From: Eledone cirrhosa | Lineage: Eukaryota | NCBI GenBank assembly: GCA_964016885.1 | Contig: OZ024765.1 | Location: 6,820,001 to 6,884,000 of the forward strand | DNA length: 64,000 nt | Direction: 5' to 3' | Shown here: piece after piece, positions 29,401 through 40,987 of the stretch | Layout: every line of letters begins with the position of its first letter | Numbering within the stretch: position 1 is the stretch's first letter | Position numbers and translations under genes: made by a program | Notes under the pieces: model-generated | Databases searched by the model: none | What the model saw: the letters and a program-made list of their open reading frames with translations, nothing else | What the model was told of the DNA's origin: nothing

Positions 29401-32400
29401 TATATATATATATATATGTGTGTGTGTCTGTTTTGGTTGTGTTTATATGTACGAGTATATTTTTGTCACGGAGATGTCATGAGGACGCATGTTCTTACAG
29501 TTATCTCCCTTGTATCGTACCAAATGGAAAAATAATTTTTTTTTTTTTTTTTTTTTGTGTCACTCTTTCAAATGGAAACTTCTTTCCAACATGGCGATCT
29601 GAAGACTTGTTAACAAACTGATTACAGTTCTCCTTGTTATTCGCGGGGGTTACGCTCCTAGATCACCCGCGAATATTTGACGTGATCCATAAAAATAACT
29701 ATAAACGTCAAAATACAATGTAAAATATAATAAAAAAAGAGGGAGCGTCCAATACATCCAAATACGGTGTATTGGTTTCTTATATAGGCACAAGACCAAC
29801 AATTTTGGGTGAGGGGAAAGTCGATTAAATCAACCCCAGTGCATGAATGGCACTTTAATTTATCGACCCCGTAAGGATGAAAGGCAAAGTTAACCTCGGC
29901 GGGATTTGAACTCAGATCATAAAGGGCCGTAACTCTATGCTGCTAAGGATGGCGTCCGACCCTAATAATTTAGCGTTAAAAAAATATATATATTGCCACG
30001 ACAAAATCCATAAAAAAAACGCAAAAGATATTTACGTTTGAGCGAATATGCAGTGGTTTCCACAAACAATTATTAGTTAGGTGTCTAAGGAAAATTCAGT
30101 GAATAACCAGGACCTCGAATAGGTTCACTGTATGTATATATATATATATATATGTATATATAATTCTGTTTCCATATATTTTTCCAGGCAAAGAACTCTT
30201 CCAACAAGATTCTTCAATGATTGTTTCTGATATGGAATTCTTAAAAGGAGGTATGTATATTTGGGGGGAAAATACCTGTCCAACCCATGGATGGAATTGT
30301 AAGAACGTTTGTTAAGTTATGTTCCAAACACCAAATTAGTAATAACAAAGTTATATTATTAAATACCTCCAAATTCTTGATTATTTTCAAAAATATTTGA
30401 AAGTCATAGGCAGTGTCTTTCATTAGAAATATGGAAATGAAAGGGTTAAATTGTTTAGATTTACCTAAAAACATATCTTTATTTTGTGTTAGAATCTTTG
30501 TTCACCAGTTTAAAAATGAGAAAGTTATATTATTAAACCCCTCCAAATTCTTGATTATTTTATAAAGGATTTGAAAATTATAAACAATCTTTTATCAGAA
30601 ATATGGTAAAGAAAGAGTTGATAGCGAGAAAGATATTTATATTCATAGAAAAATGAGAAAACTAATTGCCAAATAAGATGTTGTCAATGACAGCGATGGG
30701 AAGAAATACCTCAGAGGACAGAGACCTGCAGCCAGTGGTCGGCAGAGAAACAATCCATGAGGTGGGTGACAGGCAGATGAAATATAGAAAAGAAGTGACT
30801 GGAAGAAGGAAATAAAGAAAAGCGATGTACAAGACAAGTTCACTTCCCTTGTCTTCTTTCATCCTGTCTGTTCTGTGCGTGGCTTAACCCTTTAGTATTC
30901 ACATTACTCTATATATACTATTGTATTGTCACAGTAAAGGCTTTACCTCTCATAATATCTCACATAACATTTACATTACTCTATATATACTATTGTATTT
31001 TCACAGTAAAGGTTTTACCTCACATAATATCTCACATAACATTTACATTACTCTATATATACTATTGTATTTTCACAGTAAAGGCTTTACCTCACATAAT
31101 ATCTCACGTAACATTTACATTACTCTATATATACTATTGTATTTTCACAGTAAAGGCTTTACCTCACATAATATCTCACGTAACATTTACATTACTCTAT
31201 ATATACTATTGTATTTTCACAGTAAAGGCTTTACCTCTCATAATATCTCACATAACATTTACATTACTCTATATATACTATTGTATTTTCACAGTAAAGG
31301 CTTTACCTCACATAATACCTCACATAACATTTACATTACTCTATATATACTATTGTATTTTCACAGTAAAGGCTTTACCTCACATAATATCTCACGTAAC
31401 ATTTACATTACTCTATATATACTATTGTATTTTCACAGTAAAGGCTTTACCTCACATAATATCTCACGTAACATTTACATTACTCTATATATACTATTGT
31501 ATTTTCACAGTAAAGGCTTTACCTCACATAATATCTCACGTAACATTTACATTACTCTATATATACTATTGTATTTTCACAGTAAAGGCTTTACCTCACA
31601 TAATATCTCACGTAACATTTACATTACTCTATATATACTATTGTATTTTCACAGTAAAGGCTTTACCTTACATAATATCTCACATAACATTTACATTACT
31701 CTATATATACTATTGTATTTTCACAGTAAAGGCTTTACCTCACATAATACCTCACATAACATTTACATTACTCTATATATACTATTGTATTTTCACAGTA
31801 AAGGCTTTACCTCACATAATATCTCACATAACATTTACATTACTCTATATATACTATTGTATTTTCACAGTAAAGGCTTTACCTCACATAATATCTCACG
31901 TAACATTTACATTACTCTATATATACTATTGTATTTTCACAGTAAAGGCTTTACCTCACATAATATCTCACATAACATTTACATTACTCTATATATACTA
32001 TTGTATTTTCACGGTAAAGGCTTTACCTCTCATAATATCTCACATAACATTTACATTACTCTATATATACTATTGTATTTTCACAGTAAAGGCTTTACCT
32101 CACATAATATCTCACATAACATTTACATTACTCTATATATACTATTGTATTTTCACAGTAAAGGCTTTACCTCACATAATATCTCACATAACATTTACAT
32201 TACTCTATATATACTATTGTATTTTCACAGTAAAGGCTTTACCTCACATAATATCTCACATAACATTTACATTACTCTATATATACTATTATATTTTCAC
32301 AGTAAACACTTTACCTCACATAATACCTCACATAACATTTACATTACTCTATATATACTATTATATTTTCACAGTAAACACTTTACCTCACATAATACCT

Positions 32401-34101
32401 CACATAACATTTACATTACTCTATATATACTATTATATTTTCACAGTAAACACTTTACCTCACATAATACCTCACATAACATTTACATTACTCTATATAT
32501 ACTATTATATTTTCACAGTAAACACTTTACCTCACATAATACCTCACATAACATTTACATTACTCTATATATACTATTATATTTTCACAGTAAAGGCTTT
32601 ACCTCACATAATATCTCACATAACATTTACATTACTTTATATATACTATTATATTTTCACAGTAAAGGCTTTACCTCACATAATACCTCACATAACATTT
32701 ACATTACTCTATATATACTATTGTATTTTCACAGTAAAGGCTTTACCTCACATAATATCTCACATAACATTTACATTACTCTATATATACTATTGTATTT
32801 TCACAGTAAAGGCTTTACCTCACATAACATTTACATTACTCTATATATACTATTGTATTTTCACAGTAAAGGCTTTACCTCACATAATATCTCACATAAC
32901 ATTTACATTACTCTATATATACTATTATATTTTCACAGTAAAGGCTTTACCTCACATAATATCTCACATAACATTTACATTACTCTATATATACTATTGT
33001 ATTTTCACGGTAAAGGCTTTACCTCACATAATATCTCACATAACATTTACATTACTCTATATATACTATTGTATTTTCACAGTAAAGGCTTTACCTCACA
33101 TAACATTTACATTACTCTATATATACTATTATATTTTCACAGTAAAGGCTTTACCTCACATAACATTTACATTACTCTATATATATACTATTATATTTTC
33201 ACAGTAAAGGCTTTACCTCACATAATATCAAAACTATGAGATTTTGATATTTATTTTGAGAACAATACCTTAACATAAGTATGGGCAGCTAGTTATGGCC
33301 TGTCTGAACAGAAAGAGGTGGGAGAATTCTGGCTGGCTATGGTAATTGAAGGGGTATAGTCTTGTATTTTTTTACTGGTTTCAGTCATTAGACTGGCCAT
33401 GCTGGAGCACTGCCTTCAAGGGCTTTAGTTGGCTGAAAAGTTCATAGGTTGACTATGAAGGATTGATGTTAGTGCTGCGAAATCTTTCATGTATCAATTT
33501 CAGCTCTTCTTCTTAATAATTGCATTGTTTCTTTCCGGGGACTATAAAAATATTTTTGAAAAATAAAGCTCATTTGGTCATTCCATGAGAGTATCTTGGT
33601 CAGCCTATGAACTTTTCAGCCGACCCTGAAATAATTGTTTCTGCTTTAGGCACAAGGCTTGTAATTACCCCAGTACATTACTGGTACTTTATTTTATTGA
33701 CCCTATAAGGATGAAAGGCAAAGCTAGCCTCCGCGGGATTTGAACTGTGCTTTTGTTTTTCCCTCTTTTTTTTTTTGTTGGTCTTTTTTCTTGTCTTTCT
33801 TTTTAATAATTGAAATTTTCAGCCTCGCTTTCAATTGTTTTAGCCTTTGTTTTTAAATCCATATCTTACGTCCATATTAAATTTTATTCTGATGAGCGAT
33901 TTCAGACGTCTATGTTGAGCTCGTCCGTCTTCGTGAAACCTTTGGTAAATGGAATAATTGTCTTATGTTGTTTATTACATAATTATATATATATTTTTTT
34001 TTTTTTTTTCATGTTCAGAAAATGATCCAGTCGAGGTAGACGAGTCCCTCTTTCAAGATATCGATGAACTTGGTCTTGATGATGAAGATTTGGAAGACTA
34101 A
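20371..34101 (+). CDS. RWDD1: RWD domain-containing protein 1 (DFRP2/Gir2 family), whole spliced CDS, 231 aa
   Basis: Exons 20371-20443, 21712-21789, 24588-24715, 26143-26286, 27543-27669, 30188-30250 and 34019-34101 (696 nt), all GT-AG with matching phases. Motifs: EEQRDEIEALEAIYP, YPDSVP (RWD YPxxxP), LGMVMVFTIVSAIQE, FEGTKVTVETFLAWKAKF, KLTGKELF, VEVDESLFQDIDEL. Confidence 0.96.
20630..20980 (-). mobile_element. SINE family A
   Basis: Near-identical copy. Confidence 0.9.
21712..21789 (+). CDS. RWDD1: RWDD1 coding exon 2
   Basis: TTTACAG acceptor, VLETEPNYIFAIELSVQEIEEESEDL, GTATGT donor, phase 1-1. Confidence 0.88.
22300..24540 (+). mobile_element. 5'-truncated, decayed RTE-clade LINE (reverse transcriptase) in RWDD1 intron 2
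   Basis: KATGPSG, QFGF, FVDLEK, GVHQGSVLSPLLF, YADD at 23136-23147, a CxxC..CxxC..HxxC finger, HGSETW, RLRWYGHV and GRPKKTW. In-frame stops and frameshifts are present; the 3'UTR has an (ATG)n tail. Confidence 0.93.
24588..24715 (+). CDS. RWDD1: RWDD1 coding exon 3
   Basis: ITITVQFTLDDDYPDSVPVMEILDYQNLDD...MNEV, phase 1-0. Confidence 0.92.
24773..24891. mobile_element. Short TIR element (Tc1/mariner-like MITE)
   Basis: Imperfect ~28-bp inverted ends: TAGAG..AAATTC..TTATAACGAAATT. Confidence 0.55.
25010..25610. repeat. CA-rich 18/22-bp minisatellite
   Basis: ACACATAC(ATGC)ATTCACAGAA units. Confidence 0.92.
26143..26286 (+). CDS. RWDD1: RWDD1 coding exon 4
   Basis: AQETLGMVMVFTIVSAIQEKIND...EQEESEQ, GTATGT donor. 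Confidence 0.94.
26914..27247 (+). mobile_element. SINE family A
   Basis: Near-identical copy, inserted in a minisatellite. Confidence 0.9.
27543..27669 (+). CDS. RWDD1: RWDD1 coding exon 5
   Basis: KTFEGTKVTVETFLAWKAKFDLEM...KLT(G). Confidence 0.95.
27864..28211 (+). mobile_element. SINE family A
   Basis: Near-identical copy. Confidence 0.9.
28297..28332 (-). ncRNA. Minimal (Penelope-type) hammerhead motif, degenerate
   Basis: Reverse complement reads TCTT-CTGATGA-CAGAC-TAGC-GTCC-GAAACGTT-AAGA, with palindromic AACGTT stem III. Confidence 0.45.
28635..29024 (-). mobile_element. RTE-type LINE 3' fragment
   Basis: ERNEASMLRWMC...RLQWYGHV...GRPRKTW, (ATG)n tail. Confidence 0.88.
30188..30250 (+). 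CDS. RWDD1: RWDD1 coding exon 6
   Basis: TTCCAG acceptor, (G)KELFQQDSSMIVSDMEFLKG, GTATGT donor. Confidence 0.92.
30884..33342. repeat. 72-bp satellite (~32 units) inside a piggyBac-type MITE
   Basis: Starts TTAACCCTTTAG, the unit equals a MITE subterminal segment, and the MITE interior resumes at about 33230. Confidence 0.95.
33428..33628. mobile_element. Mariner-like MITE
   Basis: ~26-bp TIRs GTTGGCTGAAAAGTTCATAGGTTGAC / GTCAGCCTATGAACTTTTCAGCCGAC. Confidence 0.7.
33881..33955 (+). ncRNA. Type I hammerhead ribozyme motif in the last RWDD1 intron
   Basis: ATTTTATT-CTGATGA-GCGA...TCGT-GAAA-CC-TTT-GG-TA-AATGGAAT. Confidence 0.65.
34019..34101 (+). CDS. RWDD1: RWDD1 coding exon 7 (terminal)
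   Basis: Poly-T tract plus TTCAG acceptor, (E)NDPVEVDESLFQDIDELGLDDEDLED, TAA. Confidence 0.93.
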
Positions 34102-34525
34102 GTCATGTGTGTTTGTGTGTGTGTGTGTCGTTGGTGGTGGTGGTGGTCCATTTTGTACTGAATATTTTGGATAACAATGTTGGTGGCGTTGGTGGTGGTG
34201 GTGATGGTGATGATGATGTTGGAGGTGGTGACGGTGGTGGGGATGATGGGGGGGGGGAAATTTCACCTCTTGGTTCTAACTTCAGTGTTGGTGTTGGTGG
34301 CTGGGATGATGATGATGATGATGATAGTGATGCAGAAATAACAGCTTCCCCATCATCATCCTCATCGTTTAACGTCCATCTACCACGCTAACGATCTAAC
34401 TCTAACTCCAGTGTTGGAATGGAAAAGATATGTTGATGGTGTGAGAGTTGGTAACTAGAGTGGGAGGGAGGTATACCCCTCCCCTTCCACCTCCTCCTGA
34501 CTCCAGCTTCAGTGTTGTCAGTTCA

Positions 34526-36084
34526 TTAACCCTTTAGCATTTACATTACTCTATATATACTATTATATTTTCATGGTAAAGGCTTTATCTTACATAATTA
34601 TCTCACATAATATCGAATCTATGAGATTTTGATATTATTTATTTTGAGAACAATACCTTTACATCAGTTTGAACAGAAAGAACTGAGAGAATTCAGCCTG
34701 TTTTAACAGAAAGAGGTGAGAGAATTCTGGCTGGTTACAGCCAGTTTGAACAGAAAGAGCTGAGAGAGTTCTTGCCAGATACAGCCAGTTTGAACAGAAA
34801 GAGCTGAGAGAGTTCTTGCCAGATACAGCCAGTTTGAACAGAAAGAGGTGAGAGAATTCTGGCTGGTTACAGCCAGTTTGAAGAGAAAGAGCTGAGAGAG
34901 TTCTAGCCAGATACAGCCAGTTTGAACAGAAAGAGCTGAGAGAGTTCTTGCCAGATACAGCCAGTTTGAACAGAAAGAGCTGAGAGAATTCTTGCCAGAT
35001 ACAGCCAGTTTGAAGAGAAAGAGCTGAGAGAGTTCTAGCCAGATACAGCCAGTTTGAACAGAAAGAGCTGAGAGAATTCTTGCCAGATACAGCCAGTTTG
35101 AAGAGAAAGAGCTGAGAGAATTCTAGCCGGATACAGCCAGTTTGAACAGGAAGAGCTGAGAGAATTCTTGCCAGATACAGCCAGTTTGAAGAGAAAGAGC
35201 TGAGAGAATTCTAGCCGGATACAGCCAGTTTGAACAGGAAGAGCTGAGAGAATTCTGGCTGGATACAGCCAGTTTGAACAGGAAGAGCTGAGAGAATTCT
35301 AGCCGGATACAGCCAGTTTGAACAGGAAGAGCTGAGAGAATTCTAGCCGGATACAGCCAGTTTGAACAGGAAGAGCTGAGAGAATTCTAGCCAGTTACAG
35401 CCAGTTTGAACAGAAAGAGCTGAGAGAATTCTTGCCAGATACAGCCAGTTTGAACAGGAAGAGCTGAGAGAATTCTAGCCAGATACAGCCAGTTTGAACA
35501 GGAAGAGCTGAGAGAATTCTAGCCGGATACAGCCAGTTTGAACAGGAAGAGCTGAGAGAATTCTAGCCGGATACAGCCAGTTTGAACAGAAAGAGCTGAG
35601 AGAATTCTTGCCAGATACAGCCAGTTTGAACAGAAAGAGCTGAGAGAATTCTAACCGGATACAGCCAGTTTGAACAGAAAGAGCTGAGAGAATTCTAGCC
35701 AGATACAGCCAGTTTGAACAGGAAGAGCTGAGAGAATTCTAGCCGGATACAGCCAGTTTGAACAGGAAGAGCTGAGAGAATTCTAGCCGGATACAGCCAG
35801 TTTGAACAGAAAGAGCTGAGGGAATTCTTGCCAGATACAGCCAGTTTGAACAGAAAGAGCTGAGAGAATTCTTGCCAGATACAGCCAGTTTGAACAGGAA
35901 GAGCTGAGAGAATTCTAGCCGGATACAGCCAGTTTGAACAGGAAGAGCTGAGAGAATTCTAGCCGGATACAGCTAGTTTGAACAGGAAGAGCTGAGAGAA
36001 TTCTAACCGGATACAGCCAGTTTGAACAGGAAGAGCTGAGAGAATTCTTGCCAGATACGGCCGGTTTAAATAATAAAGGGTTAA
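34526..36084. repeat. 44-bp satellite (~32 units) inside a complete piggyBac-type MITE
   Basis: TTAA/TIR at both ends; unit GCCAGTTTGAACAGGAAGAGCTGAGAGAATTCTAGCCGGATACA. Confidence 0.95.
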
Positions 36085-37039
36085 ATGAAAATCTTTCATC
36101 ATATATGAGAACCATATGTTATGAAATAGTTAATAATCTTAATAAATCTCTCAAAATTGTTCATCAAACCATTTCATACAGCCTGGCTCTTCTTTTATGA
36201 AATAAGACCATCCATTTTAAAGGTTTTCTATTTAAATGAAAATCTTCCAACATCTATATATATATATATATGTATTTCTGCGATTCTGTCACAACACATA
36301 AAGAGAGAGGAGTAGTTTGACTACCTCATACTACTCCTCTCTTTACGTCTGCTGCCTGCATGAATGTATGTGTATGTAAAAGGGAGCAAGGGGAAACGTG
36401 TCTGTGTTTGCACGTTTATATATATATACTTGTACATATAAATGTATGTGCATGCACATACACATGCACATCAGTGTATGGAAAAAAATTCTAGTATATA
36501 TATATGTATATATATGAACCATATGTTAAATTACTATCTTAGTAATAAAATAATTATTTATTTTAGTAAATCCCTCACTTTATTGACCCTTTAATGAAGA
36601 TAAACAAAGTTGACCTCATCGGGATTTGAATTCAGAACGTAAAGGGACGTAACTCTACGCCACAAAGTATGTCCTATGCTCTACCTATTCTGCCAATCCA
36701 CCACCTTTATAATAATGAAGTAAGAATAACCTCCATTTAGCCCTCTACCATCCACTTGATAGTCCCTAGGTCACACTTTGCCTATTTTCAAAACCTATTA
36801 CTAACTCTCCACCTGCCTAATTCAACAAGATTTCCTATTCAGGTACAAGATGAGAATAAAAAACGCAAAAAAAAGTATTTATTTTTCTTCTATATTGTGT
36901 TTGTTGTTTTTTGGGGCGGGGTAGCTGTAAGTTCTGTTGTCCCTTAACCCTTTAGCATTTACATTACTCTATATATACTCCATCTTCCCACTTCCGTCCA
37001 CTGTAAAGTGGTCGTGTAGGTGACACAACAAAAAACACC

Positions 37040-37682
37040 CAGCGGAAAAGTTCACAAGCTGACCAAGATACTCTCATAGAATGACCAAATGAGGTTTATT
37101 TTACAACATAGTCCCTAGAAAGCAACAATGCAGTTATTATTAAGAGTTGAAATGAATGCATGCATGCAAGATTTCATAGCTGTAAGCATCACTCCTTCAT
37201 AGGCTGACCAAGATACTCTCATGGAATGAGCAAATGGGGTTTATTTTTTAACATAGTCCATGGAAAGAGTTGAAATGAATGCATGAAAGATTTCACAGCT
37301 CTAGCATCACTCCATAGGCTGACCAAGATGCTCTGATGAAATGAGCAAATGAGGTTTATTTTTCAACATAGTCGGTGGAAAGAGTTGGAATTAATGCATG
37401 CAAGATTTCACAGCTCTAGCATCACTCCATAGGCTGACCAAGATGCTCTGATGGAATGAGCAAATGAGGTTTATTTTTCAACATAGTCGGTGGAAAGAGT
37501 TGGAATTAATGCATGCAAGATTTCACAGCTCTAGCATCACTCCATAGGCTGACCAAGATGCTCTGATGGAATGAGCAAATGAGGTTTATTTTTCAACATA
37601 GTCGGTGGAAAGAGTTGGAATTAATGCATGCAAGATTTCACAGCTCTAGCATCACGCCTTTAAATTTTCAGTCGACCTTTGT
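37040..37682. repeat. ~115-bp tandem repeat (~5 units) inside a copy of the mariner-like MITE
   Basis: Period of 115 bp (37429 to 37544); ends match the 33428-33628 termini. Confidence 0.8.
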
Positions 37683-38489
37683 ATAGGCGTTGAACTGGCG
37701 AGCTGCAGGTGTGGGCCTCACCATCCTCTGAAGAAACGTCTTCATTCATGGCAGCACATGGGACGCCATTTGCTCATAATTGTTTCTACTTTTGGCACAA
37801 GGCCAGCAATTACCCAGTACATTACTGGTACTTTATTTTATCGACCCCGTAAGGATGAAAAGCAAAGTTAACCTCGACAGGATTTGAACTCTGACCGTAA
37901 AGGGACGTAACTATGCTAGAAAGTATGGCGTCCGACCCTCTACCGATACTGCTAGTAGTGAGAGATGGAGGTAATAAGAGTGGGCTTTCGGCTCCTCTGT
38001 GTTCGGACCTGCTGTACATATATGTGCATGCCTACCGTTTTATCATTATAGGGTCGGACGATATGCTTTGACGTATAGAGTTACGGCCCTTGCCATTCCG
38101 AGTTCAAATCCCGCCAAGGTTAACTTTGCCTTTCATCCTTACGGGGTCGATAAAATAAAGTACCAGTAATGCACTGGGTATTTGCTGGCCTTGTGCCTAA
38201 CGTAGAAACAATTATATGTACTCATTGATCTCAAATAAAGAATCAAAAGCAAATAATTTATCATTTACTATCAAACTATATACTAACGATCGTATTTCTG
38301 CTTAAATCAACTTTCACTATCTCCAACATAACACCTCCCTCCCTTTCTCTACTCCTTCCTCTAGCATAAGACAATATCATATGTGTGAGGGCGTCTGTGT
38401 CTACGTATAAATGTGCTTGTGTGTATAAGTGTTTTTGTGTATGTTCGCGTGCGTGTCTGTGGAAATGAGTGTCTCTGTTTCTGTGTCTG

Positions 38490-38713
38490 TATGTTCACGT
38501 GTGTGTCCATCACGTGACACAGACCCACTCACCGGAAGTTGTGACTTTGACTCACAAACCACACGTTCTCCTCAACATAGTCTTCTGGCTAGCTCCCCAC
38601 ACAATAACGTCTCCTAATCGCTGTGTATATATTAATATATATACATCCGCATATCATACATTCAATACAGTTGTGGAAAAGTTAAAGTCTTTCTATTCAA
38701 TCTTCCATCACTC
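38490..38713 (+). promoter_or_regulatory. Putative granulin promoter and non-coding first exon
   Basis: CACGTG at 38496, ATCACGTGAC at 38509-38518, ACCGGAAGT at 38531, TGACTCA at 38548, then a consensus donor C|GTAAGT at 38713/38714. The coding exon has its own acceptor 3 nt before the ATG. Confidence 0.55.
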
Positions 38714-39113
38714 GTAAGTAAAACTAAATATTTATATTTTCTTAATCCGTCTAATTCATTCATTCATATATATAATATTAAAAAAATACATATTTTGATT
38801 ATGAGAATATTTTTCATTTATTAACATTTTGAATATTATATATATATATATATAAATGAAAGGTATAGAAAACATTGTAGCAAAAAGCTATATATATATA
38901 TATAATATTCAAAATGTTAATAAATGAAAAATATTCTCATAATCAAAATATATATTTCAATATACATATTTCAAAGGTACTATGGTGAAATATTTTTCAT
39001 TTATTAACATTTTGAATAATATTAAAAACTCTAGGAAAAACCAATGTTGAGTGCTTCTAATCTATTGTAATATTGTATTCGTTGACTAATCAACGAACCA
39101 TATTAATCTTTGG

Positions 39114-39159
<46 letters not shown>

Positions 39160-39732
39160 AATTTTAGTACAGCATTGACGAAGCTTTAGAACAAGGCCAA
39201 GCCAGCGTATATGCATAATCGGTCTGTAGCTTGAGCACTCGGATGAGGAAAGACCCCAGAGTAATAACATTACGTTCAGACAGCTTAGCAAATCAGATAT
39301 AGCGGTCGGCAGTCCAGCCACATCACTAGAGCAACGAAAATACAGGACCCAGGAAAAGATTTTATACTGACCCGGACTTAGCGGTGAGGCTGAGTGCAAA
39401 ATATATAACTTACATCGTATATCAACAATATACATCACACACATATATATATATATATTTCTTCTGATGAATGAAGACAGACATAAGTATGTAAATGAAA
39501 TAATTAACTTATGTTGTTTATTAGATAACTAAAAAGCTCTGTAGCCTACGTAGAGCACTCTCTTTTCCTTTACCTTTCCTACGGAAATTTTTCAATATAT
39601 ATATATATATATATATATACTTAAGTATTTCCGTAGAAAATGTATATATATATATGCCTTTTCTACGGAAATACTTCAGTATTTCCGTTGAAAAGGCAAA
39701 AGAAAGAAGAATGATCTATGTATAGTACAGAT

Positions 39733-39804
39733 ATTTCATCTGATGAACGAACTAGACGTTTCTGTTAGAATCGTCTAACTTCGTGAAACCTTGGGTAATG
39801 GAAT
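39733..39804 (+). ncRNA. Type I hammerhead ribozyme motif (complete core)
   Basis: ATTTCAT-CTGATGA-ACGAA...TTCGT-GAAA-CC-TTG-GG-TA-ATGGAAT. Stems I, II and III all pair; GUA cleavage triplet. Confidence 0.72.
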
Positions 39805-40280
39805 AATTATATTGTTGTTTATTATATAATTAAATATATATATATTTATAAGTTTATCCTGGGTTCAATCGGGGGTAGCCACAGTAAGTAAGGTACTCAA
39901 TACATAGCAGAATATAAATATCTAATATAGAAATGGCTTCTACAGGACTAGAACTGTTTCATGAGGGCTTCCTGATGATTTCTCCCTAATGAAACAGTTC
40001 TAGTCCTATATATAAATTAATAAAAATAATGAATAAAAACAAAGAAACAGTTCCTTATATAAAAAAATTCATCATTTTACGATCTTTCTAGAATATATAT
40101 GTGTGTGTTGGTATGTATATCATATAGATCTATGTAAAAATTTTACAAACTATCAGAGGGAATATACATACCTACAAATATATATGCTGTCTTCAGAAAT
40201 AATCTATATATATATATATAAATAAACAGAAATTTATGATGGAGAATCAAAAGGCGTGTGTGTATATGTATATTTATATG

Positions 40281-40311
<31 letters not shown>

Positions 40312-40716
40312 TTATAATAAATATATGTATATATACAGGGTGTCCCCCAAAATGTATACATATTTTTATTTTTTTTGTATATATACACAGGATAGTTAAT
40401 AAATGAAACAAATAAAACCCGGTCATGTATTATATATATAATTATTATTATACATTGAATATTTAGCTCTGTAACTTACATAGAGCACTCTTCATTCCTC
40501 TGACTTTTTCAATTTTCAACGGAAACTTCAATACATATATATATATATCTGTATTTTTAACCGTTGGTCAATCAATGATAAACGTTGATTGCCAAATAAA
40601 TTAACTATGGAGATATAAAAGATACAGAAGCGAAAACCAACCAAACAGTGAGTGTGTTCTGTTGTTATTTCAGGCAATATTATAACAATATGACCCTCCC
40701 CAAGTATAACAATATA

Positions 40717-40747
<31 letters not shown>

Positions 40748-40938
40748 GATTGATGATAGTATTGAGCTTCTATAATCTTTACCATGATATATATATAATA
40801 CAAACACATATATATATATAACAATTATCAATCTTAAATACAAAGTCCAATATCCAAAGTCCATAAGGGTTGTGTCTGTGTGTCTATATGTATGTGTGTG
40901 TACGTATATATATATGTATGTGTGTGTACGTATATATA

Positions 40939-40979
<41 letters not shown>

Positions 40980-40987
40980 GTGCACAT

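Noticed and set aside
30921-33239. 772-aa ORF
   Set aside because: Translation of the 72-bp satellite (24-aa period) inside an RWDD1 intron
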